Source: an uncultured Clostridia bacterium
GTDB lineage: Bacteria; Bacillota; Clostridia; UBA1381
Assembly (NCBI GenBank): GCA_934486735.1
Contig: CAKSQL010000005.1
Location: 22,644 to 86,643 of the forward strand
Direction of reading: 5' to 3'
Length of the DNA stretch: 64,000 bases
Every line of letters begins with the position of its first letter. Positions within the stretch are counted from its first letter, which is position 1. The notes below the pieces were generated by a model. That model was not told where the DNA came from, ran no database searches, and saw nothing but the letters and a program-made list of their open reading frames with translations. The position numbers and the translations under genes were made by a program. Shown here one piece after another: positions 28,851 to 39,129 of this stretch.

Positions 28851-30580
28851 GCCGCACCGCCTCCTTCCTCTGCCTGCTCCTGCGATATGCATATTTCGCG
28901 GTACTCGCCGCACGTCCTCAAAAGTTCATCGTGCGTGCCGATTCCGGCAATTTTGCCATCATCCAAAACTATGATTCTGTCCGAATTTTTCACTGTGTTC
29001 ACTCGCTGAGATATGATAATCACCGTCATGTCACGCGTGTTTTCCTTTATTGCCTTTCTCAAAGCCGCGTCGGTGGCATAGTCGAGCGCGCTTGCGCTGT
29101 CGTCCATTATCAATATCTCGGGATTTTTTATAATCGCGCGCGCAATCGTAAGGCGCTGCCGCTGACCGCCCGAGAGGTTTGTTCCGCTCTGCGAAATCTG
29201 CGAGTCATACCCATTCTCAAGCCGCGGAATAAACTCCGCCGCCTGTGCAATTTCCGCCGCGCGCTTTATTTCCTCATCATCGGCATCCGGCTTGCCCATT
29301 CTCAAATTTTCCTTTACCGTTCCCGAGAAAAGCGTTGCCTTTTGCTGAACAATGCCGATTTTGTCTCTCAATTCGGACAGCTTGTAATCGCGCACGTCCT
29401 CGCCGTCCACAAGAACTCTGCCGTCTGTTGCATCATAAAAGCGCGGAATAAGCCCGGCAAGCGAGCTTTTGCCCGAGCCGGTCGAGCCGATTATTCCGAT
29501 TGTCTCGCCCGTTCGCACCTCAAAGCTTATATCCGAAAGAGCCTTTGCACCCGATTTGTTATATGCAAGACTCACATTTTCAAACTTAATTTTCGCATCA
29601 CCGATACTGCCCTTTACTCCGCCGCCGTCCTTTACCGACGGTTCGGTTTCCAAAACCTCGCTCACACGTTTGCACGATGCATACGCGCGCGTAAAGAGAA
29701 CAACCAGGTTTGCAACGACTATCATTGCATTGAGAATCTGCGTGATATAGTTGATGTACGCTATAATCTGTCCCTGGGTCATCGCGCCGATATTGACCCG
29801 TATGCCGCCGAACCAAATCACCGCAGCGATTGCAAGATTCATAATCACAGTGGTGAGCGGATTGGTAAGCGCGGCGATTTTCCCGACAAAAACCGCGCTG
29901 TCGGCATATTCGCGGTTTGCGTCCGAGAAACGCTTTCTTTCCGATTCGTTCCCTGCAAATGCGCGGATTACCCTTACTCCCGAGAGATTTTCGCGCAGGA
30001 TTAAAGTCAGCGCGTCAAGCTTGTCCTGGACCTTTTTATAAAGCGGAACGGCTTTTTTCATTATTATAAAAAGAATTATAACAAAAAGCGGAATAACCGT
30101 CATAAGTATGACGGAAAGCTTTAAATCGAGAATCATCGCCATGACAAGTCCGCCGACGCACAAAAAAGGGGCGCGGATAACAAGGCGAATCAGCATCGCA
30201 ACCGCGTTTTGAATAAGATTGACATCGCCGGTCACGCGGTTGATAAGCGACGGCGTGCCGAATCGGTCGGTCTCCTTATGCGAAAAGGTTTGAATTTTTT
30301 TGTACATCGCATTTCGGATATCCGTCCCGACACCCTGCGACGCAATCGACGCCGAGTACTGGCAGATATATGCAAACACTGCACCGAGCGTAGCAATGAT
30401 GAGCATTATGCCGCTCATTCCGACCGTATATCCGACATCGTTTTTGTTTATGCCGTTGTCTATCAAAAGCGCCATAAGGGTCGGAAGTATAATCTCCAAA
30501 ACCGCCTCGCTCAGCTTGAAAATCGGACCTGCAATAAGCTGAAGCCGATACGGCTTTAAAAAGGGAAAAAGTTTTTTCAA
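28847..30580 (-). CDS. ABC exporter, fused permease/ATPase subunit (heterodimer partner 1)
   Basis: Walker A is GSTGSGKSS, the signature is LSGGQRQR and Walker B is ILIMDDSAS. The start codon is TTG. Confidence 0.9.
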   Translation of the reverse strand: MKKLFPFLKPYRLQLIAGPIFKLSEAVLEIILPTLMALLIDNGINKNDVGYTVGMSGIMLIIATLGAVFAYICQYSASIASQGVGTDIRNAMYKKIQTFSHKETDRFGTPSLINRVTGDVNLIQNAVAMLIRLVIRAPFLCVGGLVMAMILDLKLSVILMTVIPLFVIILFIIMKKAVPLYKKVQDKLDALTLILRENLSGVRVIRAFAGNESERKRFSDANREYADSAVFVGKIAALTNPLTTVIMNLAIAAVIWFGGIRVNIGAMTQGQIIAYINYITQILNAMIVVANLVVLFTRAYASCKRVSEVLETEPSVKDGGGVKGSIGDAKIKFENVSLAYNKSGAKALSDISFEVRTGETIGIIGSTGSGKSSLAGLIPRFYDATDGRVLVDGEDVRDYKLSELRDKIGIVQQKATLFSGTVKENLRMGKPDADDEEIKRAAEIAQAAEFIPRLENGYDSQISQSGTNLSGGQRQRLTIARAIIKNPEILIMDDSASALDYATDAALRKAIKENTRDMTVIIISQRVNTVKNSDRIIVLDDGKIAGIGTHDELLRTCGEYREICISQEQAEEGGGAA

Positions 30581-30680
30581 ATTCGGGTCACAATCCTTTC
30601 AGGAAAAAGTAAATATCGGAGCGTTTTGAGCAATGTATATAACGCCCGTTTCTTATCAATGTTTTTATCAGACAAAACAA

Positions 30681-30705
30681 GTGATGCATAAATTTTTTGC
30701 ATCAC
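30681..30705 (-). terminator. Terminator-like hairpin between MITE copy B and the ABC exporter genes
   Basis: Stem GTGATGCA/TGCATCAC (8 bp), followed on the minus strand by TTGTTTTGT. Confidence 0.45.
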
Positions 30706-30712
30706 TCGCTTT

Positions 30713-30860
30713 AGCCGAAAAAAAGTAATCCGAACTCCGATTTTGATAGGTGAATTTTGGTGCGGAGGATGCCGAAAGGCTGACGCCTTTCAAAGACGAC
30801 AAGCCGAAATATGCCGAAATTATGCCTTTTCAGGCGGGTTCGGATTACTTTTCTTCGGCT
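30713..30860 (+). repeat. MITE-like TIR element, copy B (short form)
   Basis: It has the same termini as copy A and the internal hairpin GAAAGGC-TGAC-GCCTTTC. It lies between the sigma-factor stop and the ABC exporter start. Confidence 0.8.
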
Positions 30861-30939
30861 GGCCGAGGAAAGGCAATACGCGATTTTAAGAAGGCGAAAT
30901 CTTGCCATTTCCGACCGGTTCGTATTGCTTTTTCGACTG

Positions 30940-31680
30940 TCAATCCTTAAAATACATCCTGTTAAGCTTTTTCAAAAGCGTTTTTTCGAATCTCGATATC
31001 TGAATCTGGGACACACCCCATTTTTTCGCAATCTTGTCCTGTGTAAGCTCGTCATAATAGCGCAGCCTGACAAATTCGCGCTCCTTTTCGGAAAGACGGC
31101 TCATGCAATATTGAATGAAGTCGTTTTCCTCAATCATCAATATATCGTTATCCTCGCGCCCGATTGTGTTCGCAAGCGTCATCGGGCCGTCCGCATAGGC
31201 TTCGTTTTCCAGTGATTCAACAAATGATGCATCCCCTATTTCATATGCACGCTTCAAGGTTTTTTCGGGGATATGTAAAATTCGTGATATATCCTTTTGA
31301 GTTTTCCCGTCCGAGACTCGCCGTATACGCTCCGCCTTGTAAAAGGTCTCGTAAAGCGTTCTGGGAACTCGTATAAAGCTGCCCTTATCGCGGAAATATT
31401 TTCTTATTTCGCCAAGCACGGTCGGGGTCGCATAGGTCGCAAACTGAACGCCCCTGTCCGGGTCAAAGCGGTCTATGGCGTAAAGCACGCCCATGCATGC
31501 CACCTGGTATATATCATCATATTCAATGCCGCGGTTTATAAATTTTCGTGACAAAATCTCCGCAATGTACAGATACGAATGCAAAAGCTTGTCGCGTATT
31601 TTTTTTTCTCCTGTTCTTTTATATTCCGAAAAAAGCTCATATTCGGCGGTTGTCTGTTTTGCAATAGCCACAACGGACAC
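30940..31680 (-). CDS. Sigma-70 family RNA polymerase sigma factor, SigB/SigF/SigG-like (group 3)
   Basis: Region 2 reads DDIYQVACMGVLYAIDRFDPDRGVQFATYATPTVLGEIRKYFRDKGSFIRVPR. Region 4 reads LSEKEREFVRLRYYDELTQDKIAKKWGVSQIQISRFEKTLLKKL. The start codon is GTG. Confidence 0.8.
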   Translation of the reverse strand: MSVVAIAKQTTAEYELFSEYKRTGEKKIRDKLLHSYLYIAEILSRKFINRGIEYDDIYQVACMGVLYAIDRFDPDRGVQFATYATPTVLGEIRKYFRDKGSFIRVPRTLYETFYKAERIRRVSDGKTQKDISRILHIPEKTLKRAYEIGDASFVESLENEAYADGPMTLANTIGREDNDILMIEENDFIQYCMSRLSEKEREFVRLRYYDELTQDKIAKKWGVSQIQISRFEKTLLKKLNRMYFKD

Positions 31681-31702
31681 CCCTCTCTTAAGTATTTATG
31701 TA

Positions 31703-32374
31703 TTACGAATTTGCGATGAGATACTCGGCAATATTAATCGCCGCGTCGAGCGTTTTTTTGTCAGCCTCGCCTTTTTCGTCGACACGCAGCGCACGCACTC
31801 CGATATAGATATCATCGGTTTCAAAGCCGCGTTCCGAGAAAAATTTATTCGATTTCAGCTTTACAAAATACGTTCCGACAGTTTCGTTTGCCTTGCCGCT
31901 CTTATTCTTGGACATCCACTCGTCAGCCGGCATAAAAGCCTCTGCCAATCCCGTTGCGGTCAGATTGTCGACCCGATCCTTGTCGAGAAGAAAAACAAAG
32001 CCCTCGCCGAATTGAATTTCGAATGTCTTTTTTGTCTCCAGTGCGGCGGTATATTGCGGATTTTCCGCCCCCGATGCCGATTTTGCCATTTGCAGCACCT
32101 GGAACCCGACATCGTTTTTCCCGTTATTGTTCACATCGGGAATTATCTCGGCAAGCGAATCCGCAATATCCCCCACAGCCGAATCGGAATAGCTCGCCTC
32201 CCCGATATATGTAACAATTTCATCATATGCAACCTTACTCACAAGCTGCACAGCGGTAATTATTATCATTGCAAGGGCAACAGCGCCGCCGATAACATGC
32301 CATTTATAATAATCCCAAAAATAACTCCACCATTCCTTTGTGAACCGTTTGGGTATCTCTCCGTATTTTTCCAT
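31703..32374 (-). CDS. Hypothetical membrane-anchored protein (single N-terminal TM, extracytoplasmic domain)
   Basis: TM segment WHVIGGAVALAMIIITAVQLV. No recognisable motif. It ends 22 nt upstream of the sigma-factor gene. Confidence 0.5.
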   Translation of the reverse strand: MEKYGEIPKRFTKEWWSYFWDYYKWHVIGGAVALAMIIITAVQLVSKVAYDEIVTYIGEASYSDSAVGDIADSLAEIIPDVNNNGKNDVGFQVLQMAKSASGAENPQYTAALETKKTFEIQFGEGFVFLLDKDRVDNLTATGLAEAFMPADEWMSKNKSGKANETVGTYFVKLKSNKFFSERGFETDDIYIGVRALRVDEKGEADKKTLDAAINIAEYLIANS

Positions 32375-32476
32375 ATTTTCTCCATTCCGACATCACGTGC
32401 CGAAGCCGCCGCTGCGGCACGTGACGCTCTTTCAATATAATTATAACATATTTTTACTGAATAATCAAGTCCAAAA

Positions 32477-34141
32477 TCAATCTCCGACCGCGGTGAGCAC
32501 CGGAGCGGTCACTCCCGAAATATCGGTCTCCAAAATCTTTTGCCTAAGCGGCAGAATCATTCCGGGCGATACCGAAAGTTCATCTATGCCGAGTGCGAGA
32601 AAAGTCTCGGTAAGCGACAAATCGGCTGCCGCCTCGCCGCATATTCCCACCCATTTTCCTGCCTTATGCGCATTTGACGCAATCAGACGGATAAGCCGCA
32701 AAACCGCCGGGTGATGCGGATTATAAAGCTCCGCAACCGAGCCGTTCTGACGGTCTAAGGCAAGAGTGTACTGCGTTAAATCGTTTGTGCCTATTGACAA
32801 AAAATCCGCCTCGCGTGCAAGCTCCGCGCTGATAAGTGCCGCCGCCGGAGTTTCTATCATAATTCCAAACTCCACATCATCGGAATAAGGGATTCCCTCG
32901 GCACAAAGTTCTCTTTTCACCTCGCCTATAATCAGCTTTACTCTCCGGACTTCATCCGCCGAAATGACCATCGGAATCATAACGGCTATCCTGCCGTACG
33001 CCGACGCGCGCATTATCGCCCGGATGTGGGTTTTGAAAATTTCCGGTCTTTTGAGATACATTCTGACCGCACGAAAGCCGAGAGCGGGATTTCTCTCCTC
33101 AGGCATATCCAAATATCCGATTTTCTTGTCCGCGCCTATATCAAATGTCCTGATTATGACTCTCTTTTCGGGCATTTTTTCGGCAACTCTGCGATACGAT
33201 TCAAACTGTGTTTCCTCATCGGGATAGCCGTTTGAGGAAAGATACAAAAACTCACTTCTGAAAAGCCCGATTCCCTCGGCGTCGTTTTGAATAACGCTTT
33301 CGAGGTCCTCGGCAGAGTTTATATTGGCATAGAGGCGGATTTTTTTGCCGTCCGCGGTTACGCTCTCCCTGCCCTTCAAGCGGTTCAAAAGCTTTTTCTG
33401 CTCTTCCTCCTCCGCCTTTTTTTCGCTCATTTTCTTTTTTGTTTCCGAGTCCGGGTCAATGATTATATTTCCCGAAATTCCGTCCACAATAACCTCTCTG
33501 CCGTCAAAATCGGGATTTAATATCCCTTTTACGGCAATTATCGCCGGGATATTCATGTTTTTTGCCAATATCGCGGTGTGCGACGTAACGGCGCCGTTCT
33601 CGGTGACAAACGCAAGTATTTTGCTTTTATCCAGCTGCATTGTCTCGCTCGGTGCAAGATCGTCGGCGGCGAGAATAACAGGCTCGGAAAAGCTTTGCAT
33701 TTTGGGGTCGGTGTGCGAAAGATTCAAAATCACACGCTCCGAAATATCCTTTATATCCGCTGCGCGCTCGCGCATATAGACATCCTCCATAACCGAAAAC
33801 ATTGCCGAAAGATTTGCACAGGTGAGCGCCACCGCCGCCTCGGCATTAAGCTTCTGCGACTCGATTATGTTTTTGACCGAATCGCAAAAATCGACATCCT
33901 CCAACATCATCCGATGAATATAGAAAATCATGGCATCATTTTCGCCGATTTCGGCAATAGCCTTTTGATAAAGCTCCTCCAATTGCTTAACCGACATTTC
34001 TTTTGCCTCAAAAAAGCGAAGAATCTCGGCTTTTGCATCATCAATATGGTACTTTTTTACGTTTCCGCGATTTTTTTTGTATATAAAAAGCTTTCCGAAA
34101 GCTATATCGTTTAAAACAGGTTTACCGGTCAGTATCTGCAA
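32477..34141 (-). CDS. ptsP: Phosphoenolpyruvate-protein phosphotransferase (PTS enzyme I)
   Basis: Phospho-His region GAVTSHTAILAKNMNIPAI and C-terminal PEP-utilising motif SIGTNDLTQYTLALDRQN. The TTG start lies 7 nt after the SD GAGGGGG. Confidence 0.9.
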   Translation of the reverse strand: MQILTGKPVLNDIAFGKLFIYKKNRGNVKKYHIDDAKAEILRFFEAKEMSVKQLEELYQKAIAEIGENDAMIFYIHRMMLEDVDFCDSVKNIIESQKLNAEAAVALTCANLSAMFSVMEDVYMRERAADIKDISERVILNLSHTDPKMQSFSEPVILAADDLAPSETMQLDKSKILAFVTENGAVTSHTAILAKNMNIPAIIAVKGILNPDFDGREVIVDGISGNIIIDPDSETKKKMSEKKAEEEEQKKLLNRLKGRESVTADGKKIRLYANINSAEDLESVIQNDAEGIGLFRSEFLYLSSNGYPDEETQFESYRRVAEKMPEKRVIIRTFDIGADKKIGYLDMPEERNPALGFRAVRMYLKRPEIFKTHIRAIMRASAYGRIAVMIPMVISADEVRRVKLIIGEVKRELCAEGIPYSDDVEFGIMIETPAAALISAELAREADFLSIGTNDLTQYTLALDRQNGSVAELYNPHHPAVLRLIRLIASNAHKAGKWVGICGEAAADLSLTETFLALGIDELSVSPGMILPLRQKILETDISGVTAPVLTAVGD

Positions 34142-34181
34142 AACAGTTTCCCCCTCGCTATCAATTGCTTTTTATACGCTT

Positions 34182-34338
34182 AGCCGAAGAAAAGTAATCC
34201 GAACCCGCCTAAAAAGGCATAATTTCGGCATATTTCGGCTTGTCGTCTTTGAAAGGCGCCAGATTGCCGAGTATTTTAACGCAGTAAAATCGGAAATTCA
34301 CCTCTCAAAATCGGAGTTCGGACTACTTTTTTTCGGCT
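34182..34338 (-). repeat. MITE-like TIR element, copy C (inverted relative to A and B)
   Basis: The reverse complement aligns end to end with copies A and B. It lies 40 nt upstream of the ptsP start codon. Confidence 0.8.
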
Positions 34339-34502
34339 ACCCGTAAGCATATATTTTTATTATAAATCATTTTGCGCAAAAAATAAAGACCTTTTTGATT
34401 AAACTTTATTGAACATTTTGTTAACGAAATCAAAAAAATAATGTCCCGTCTTAATATTGTATCGAAAGGCTAAAAAATTAATGCCGAATTTTGAAAAAAC
34501 AG

Positions 34503-34531
34503 TTGATATTTTTGACATTTTCTATTATAAT
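34503..34531 (+). promoter_or_regulatory. Sigma-A-type promoter TTGATA-17-TATAAT for ung-polA
   Basis: TTGATA at 34503..34508, a 17-nt spacer and TATAAT at 34526..34531. It lies about 35 nt upstream of the ung ATG, which has the SD GGAGGA. Confidence 0.55.
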
Positions 34532-34566
34532 ATTATATAGCAGTTTTATCTTTCGGAGGAACGCAT

Positions 34567-35265
34567 ATGGTAAACATAGGAAATGACTGGGACGAACTTT
34601 TAAAGGAAGAATTTTCAAAGGAATATTATATAAAGCTTCGCCAATTTTTAAAACAGGAATATGCGCATTACAAAATTCATCCGGATATGTATGACATTTT
34701 CAATGCGCTCAAATGGACATCATACAAGGATACAAAAGCGGTGATTTTGGGACAGGACCCGTATCACGAAGAAAATCAGGCGCATGGACTTGCATTTTCC
34801 GTACGAAAGGGCGTACAGATACCGCCGTCGCTTATGAACATGTACAAAGAGCTGAACAGCGAACTGGGACTGTATATTCCGAACAACGGATATCTGGAAA
34901 AATGGGCGCGGCAGGGCGTTCTGCTTTTAAATTCATCGCTGACGGTCCGCGACGGCGCGGCAAATTCGCACCGAAGCAAGGGCTGGGAGATTTTCACTTC
35001 GCGTGTAATAGAGCTTTTGAACAAGCGCGATACCCCGATTGTGTTCCTTTTATGGGGCAACAACGCAAAGGAAAAAAAGGAACTTATAACCAATCCGATA
35101 CACTATATCCTCACCGCGCCGCATCCGAGTCCGCTTTCGGCAAGCAGGGGTTTTTTCGGCTGCGGACACTTCAAAAAGACGAACGAAATCCTAAAAAGCA
35201 TGGATATGGAAGAAATTGACTGGCAGATTGAAAACATAGATGAAAAAGAGGTGTCGGATAAGTGA
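34567..35265 (+). CDS. ung: Uracil-DNA glycosylase
   Basis: Family-1 UDG motifs VILGQDPYH and [10 protein letters not shown]. Confidence 0.95.
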   Translation: MVNIGNDWDELLKEEFSKEYYIKLRQFLKQEYAHYKIHPDMYDIFNALKWTSYKDTKAVILGQDPYHEENQAHGLAFSVRKGVQIPPSLMNMYKELNSELGLYIPNNGYLEKWARQGVLLLNSSLTVRDGAANSHRSKGWEIFTSRVIELLNKRDTPIVFLLWGNNAKEKKELITNPIHYILTAPHPSPLSASRGFFGCGHFKKTNEILKSMDMEEIDWQIENIDEKEVSDK

Positions 35266-37901
35266 AAAAATTGCTGATTTTGGATTCGAACAGTATCATA
35301 AACCGCGCATTTTACGGAGTTCGCTACCTCTCGGCAAAGGACGGAACTCCGACCAATGCGATATACGGATTTTTGAACATATTGCTTAAGCTGGCAGACG
35401 AGCAAAAGCCGGACTACATCTGCGCCGCGTTTGACTTGAAAGCGCCGACCTTCCGTCACAAAATGTATGACGCTTACAAGGCTCAGCGAAAGCCGATGCC
35501 GGAGGGACTCGTCAAGCAGATGCCGATTGCAAAAGAAATCCTCTGCGCGATGAATATAAAGCTTTTGGAGCTTGCAGGCTATGAGGCGGACGACATAATC
35601 GGAACAGTTTCGAAAAGGTGCGAAAGCGAGGGCGTCGAGTGCATGATTGCGACCGGCGACAAGGACGATTTGCAGCTTGCCTCCGACAAAACAAAGGTTA
35701 TTCTGACCGTAACAAAAAGCGGTGTGAATGAGACAACCGTCTACGACGACAAGGCTGTTTTTGAAAGATATCATGTCACCCCGACCGAGTTTATAGACAT
35801 AAAGGCACTCATGGGCGACGCGTCGGACAACATTCCCGGGGTCGCCGGAGTGGGCGAAAAAACCGCGATGTCACTTATTGAAAAGCACAAAAGCATTGAA
35901 TATATATATGATAATATTGATGATATCGGCGTTAAGGGCGCAATGCTCGAAAAGCTGAAAAAGGGCAGGGAATCGGCATTTTTAAGCAAAAAACTTGCCA
36001 CAATAGACACGAATGTACCGATTGAATTTGACATATCGGAGTGCGCATTAAACGGCGAAACGCTTGCGGAGCATGCATCGGACGAGTTTGGGGCAATGCT
36101 GAAAAAACTTGAATTGAACAGCATAATAAAGCGTTTAAAGCTTGAAGTGAAAAGCGAAAAGCAATGCGACAGCACATTTTTCGAAAAACTCGAAATGAGC
36201 GAAATAAAAGAGAAAAACGCACTTGAAAAATTTCTTGAAAATGTAAAAAAAGCGGCATGTCTTTTTAAATTCGACGGCGACGAACTGAAAGAAGTCGGCA
36301 TTGCGTACGAAAACAAAAGTGCGGCTGTGAAAATCAATGGCGAGACGCTGCCGATTATAAAGACAGTTTTGGAGGACGGCGGAATAGAAAAGACAGTTTT
36401 CGACATAAAGGACACGGTTGTCAGACTGGGCGGCAGTATAACGCCCGCCGGGGTGTGTGACGATGTCAAGCTTATAGCCTATCTGATAGACCCTGCAAAG
36501 AGCGAGTACAGTATTTCGGGACTTTCGGAGGAATATCTCGGGGTGTCCTGCGAGGAGAACAAGGATGCGCAGGTGTCACTGTTCGATGACGAGGAAGAAA
36601 GCGAAAGCACGACCTGCCGCGAAAGCGCCTGCATCGCGCCGCTGACCGAAAAGCTGCTTGAGAAAATAAAGTCTGACGGGCAGGAAAGTCTTTACCGCGA
36701 CATTGAACTGCCGCTCTCAAGGGTTCTTGCCGACATGCAGCTTGACGGAATCATGATAGACAAGGCGGAGCTTGGGGCATTTTCCGATATGCTTGCCGAG
36801 AGAATAGACATCGTAACCGCTCAGATATATGAGCTTGCCGGCGAGGAGTTCAACGTTAATTCGCCCAAGCAGCTCGGAGTGATTCTTTTTGAAAAGCTCG
36901 GCTTAAAGGCTGTGAAAAAGACAAAGAGCGGATATTCCACCAACGCGGAGGTGCTTGAAAAGCTGAAGTACGAGCATCCGATTATTCCGCTCCTTATGGA
37001 ATATCGGCAGATTTCCAAGCTGAAAAGCACGTATTGCGACGGACTTTCGGCGGTGATAGACAAAAGCGACGGCAGAATACATTCAAACTTTACCCAGACC
37101 GTCACCGTCACCGGGAGAATCAGCTCCACCGAGCCGAATATGCAAAATATTCCGGTGAGAACCGCACTCGGGCGCGAGCTCAGAAAAATGTTTGTGGCAA
37201 AGGACGGCTGCGTTCTGATCGACGCCGACTATTCGCAGATTGAGCTGAGAGTGCTGGCGCATATGGCGGAGGATGCGCGGATGATTTCCGCATTCGAAAA
37301 CGGCGAGGACATTCACACCGTTACTGCCTCACAAGTTTTGGGAATCGCTCCCGAGGATGTCACTCCCGAGCAGCGCAGCAGCGCAAAAGCTGTCAACTTC
37401 GGAATTGTCTACGGAATCGGCGAGTACAGTCTTTCGCAGGATATTCACACAAGCGTAAAAGAAGCAAAGCGATACATCGAAAGCTATCTTGAAAAGTACA
37501 GCGGCGTGAAAGAGTATATGAACAGGATAAAGGAGCAGGCAAAAAAGGACGGATATGTCACGACCATGATGAACAGAGTGAGATATATCCCTGAGTTAAA
37601 ATCATCAAATTACAATATCCGCTCATTTGGCGAAAGAGTCGCATTGAACACCCCGATTCAGGGGACAGCGGCAGATATTATCAAGCTTGCGATGGTGAGA
37701 GTTCATAAAAGACTTGCCGAAGAAAAAATGAAATCAAGGCTTATTTTGCAGGTCCACGACGAGCTTATAATCGAAGCTCCCGAAGATGAAAAAGAAAAAG
37801 CCGGGCAGATTTTAAAACATGAAATGGAAAACGCCGTATCGCTCAAGGTTCCGCTTAAAGTGGATATATCGTGCGGCAAGAGTTGGTACGACGCTAAGTA
37901 A
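35262..37901 (+). CDS. polA: DNA polymerase I
   Basis: The N-terminal 5'-3' exonuclease starts [16 protein letters not shown]. The polymerase motifs are [16 protein letters not shown] and [12 protein letters not shown]. The GTG start overlaps the ung stop (GTGA). Confidence 0.95.
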   Translation: MKKLLILDSNSIINRAFYGVRYLSAKDGTPTNAIYGFLNILLKLADEQKPDYICAAFDLKAPTFRHKMYDAYKAQRKPMPEGLVKQMPIAKEILCAMNIKLLELAGYEADDIIGTVSKRCESEGVECMIATGDKDDLQLASDKTKVILTVTKSGVNETTVYDDKAVFERYHVTPTEFIDIKALMGDASDNIPGVAGVGEKTAMSLIEKHKSIEYIYDNIDDIGVKGAMLEKLKKGRESAFLSKKLATIDTNVPIEFDISECALNGETLAEHASDEFGAMLKKLELNSIIKRLKLEVKSEKQCDSTFFEKLEMSEIKEKNALEKFLENVKKAACLFKFDGDELKEVGIAYENKSAAVKINGETLPIIKTVLEDGGIEKTVFDIKDTVVRLGGSITPAGVCDDVKLIAYLIDPAKSEYSISGLSEEYLGVSCEENKDAQVSLFDDEEESESTTCRESACIAPLTEKLLEKIKSDGQESLYRDIELPLSRVLADMQLDGIMIDKAELGAFSDMLAERIDIVTAQIYELAGEEFNVNSPKQLGVILFEKLGLKAVKKTKSGYSTNAEVLEKLKYEHPIIPLLMEYRQISKLKSTYCDGLSAVIDKSDGRIHSNFTQTVTVTGRISSTEPNMQNIPVRTALGRELRKMFVAKDGCVLIDADYSQIELRVLAHMAEDARMISAFENGEDIHTVTASQVLGIAPEDVTPEQRSSAKAVNFGIVYGIGEYSLSQDIHTSVKEAKRYIESYLEKYSGVKEYMNRIKEQAKKDGYVTTMMNRVRYIPELKSSNYNIRSFGERVALNTPIQGTAADIIKLAMVRVHKRLAEEKMKSRLILQVHDELIIEAPEDEKEKAGQILKHEMENAVSLKVPLKVDISCGKSWYDAK

Positions 37902-37970
37902 AAAAGCCTCTTAATATTCAGAAAATGCGCAGTAATTGCGAAATTTTATACAAAAAAGGAGAGAGTATAA

Positions 37971-39029
37971 ATGAAAAAAATTGAAGACGCTGACAAAAAT
38001 TTAAAGGTCAGCACAACACTCGAAGAAAAGGACATCGCATTTTTCGATGTGTCCGAACCGCCGTTTGACATATATGGAATCACGCACACCGATTCGGGTT
38101 TCTGCCGAGTCCCAAAGGCAGTTGCGGACAATGTGAATGATGGCGTTAAGTTTTTGTCCACCAACACCGCCGGCGGCAGAGTACGTTTTAAAACCGATTC
38201 GCCATATGTGGCAATCTCGGCAAAAATGCCATATATAACCCGTTTTGCGCACATGCCGCTCACAGGAATCGCAGGCTTTGACATGTACATTTATGAAAGC
38301 GGTGAGTGCCGATTCGCGCATACGTATGTGCCGCCGTATGATATGACAAACGGTTACGATTCGATTTATTATTTCAAAACCGGCGGCGAACATGAAATAG
38401 TTTTGAATTTTCCGCTCTACAACGATGTCTCCTCGCTTCTTATTGGGGTGAAAGAGGGCAGCAGCCTGTCAGGCGGAGGAAAGTACATAGACAAAAAGCC
38501 GGTTGTGTACTACGGTTCATCGATAACCCAGGGCGGCTGCGCATCAAGACCGGGCAACAGCTACCAGGCGATTATTTCGCGTGCACTCGACTGCGACTAT
38601 ATAAATCTCGGATTCTCCGGCAGCGCACGAGCCGAGGACACGATTGCGGAATATATTGCAGAACTTGACATGAGCTGCTTTGTGTACGACTACGACCACA
38701 ATGCACCGGATGCTGCACATCTTGAGAAAACTCACGAGAAAATGTTTAAGACAATCCGCACCGCGCAGCCGAATCTTCCTATAATTATGGTAACAATGCC
38801 GCTTGAAACCGATATGGACGAAATTGACAAAAGGCGCGAAATTATATATCGAACCTATAGAAATGCGCTTGACGGCGGAGATAAAAACGTGTATTTTATA
38901 AACGGCTATGACTTTTATAAAATGTCGGGAGACAGCGGTACGGTAGACGGCTGCCATCCGAACGATTTGGGATTTTGGCAGATGGCGGATACCATGCTGC
39001 CGATAATAAGGAAAGTATTGGGACTGTAA
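37971..39029 (+). CDS. SGNH/GDSL-family hydrolase
   Basis: Block I is VVYYGSSITQGG and block V is DGCHPNDLG. Confidence 0.75.
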   Translation: MKKIEDADKNLKVSTTLEEKDIAFFDVSEPPFDIYGITHTDSGFCRVPKAVADNVNDGVKFLSTNTAGGRVRFKTDSPYVAISAKMPYITRFAHMPLTGIAGFDMYIYESGECRFAHTYVPPYDMTNGYDSIYYFKTGGEHEIVLNFPLYNDVSSLLIGVKEGSSLSGGGKYIDKKPVVYYGSSITQGGCASRPGNSYQAIISRALDCDYINLGFSGSARAEDTIAEYIAELDMSCFVYDYDHNAPDAAHLEKTHEKMFKTIRTAQPNLPIIMVTMPLETDMDEIDKRREIIYRTYRNALDGGDKNVYFINGYDFYKMSGDSGTVDGCHPNDLGFWQMADTMLPIIRKVLGL

Positions 39030-39068
39030 AAAATATTGCAGACTGAATTTTCAGTCTGCAATATTTTT
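39029..39068. terminator. Bidirectional intrinsic terminator between convergent genes
   Basis: Near-perfect ~19-bp palindrome AAAAATATTGCAGACTGAA/TTCAGTCTGCAATATTTTT. Confidence 0.7.
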
Positions 39069-39129
39069 ATTTGCAAGACATCCCACACATTGGAAAAATC
39101 CAAACCGCCGCCTTATTCCTGCACAAATT

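Noticed and set aside
26840-30860. A composite transposon formed by MITE copies A and B around the ABC exporter pair.
   Set aside because: There is no transposase anywhere in the window. The exporter pair looks like an ordinary housekeeping heterodimer, and I could not see flanking target-site duplications. It is kept only as a recombination substrate hypothesis in the findings.
30711-30908. A 65-aa minus-strand ORF and the 89-aa ORF at 34077..34346, which share the peptide SRRKVIRTRLKRHNFGIFRLVVFERRQ.
   Set aside because: The shared peptide is just the translation of the MITE-like repeat. There is no SD, the ORF borders differ between copies, and copy A interrupts the frame. I treated them as non-coding repeat sequence.
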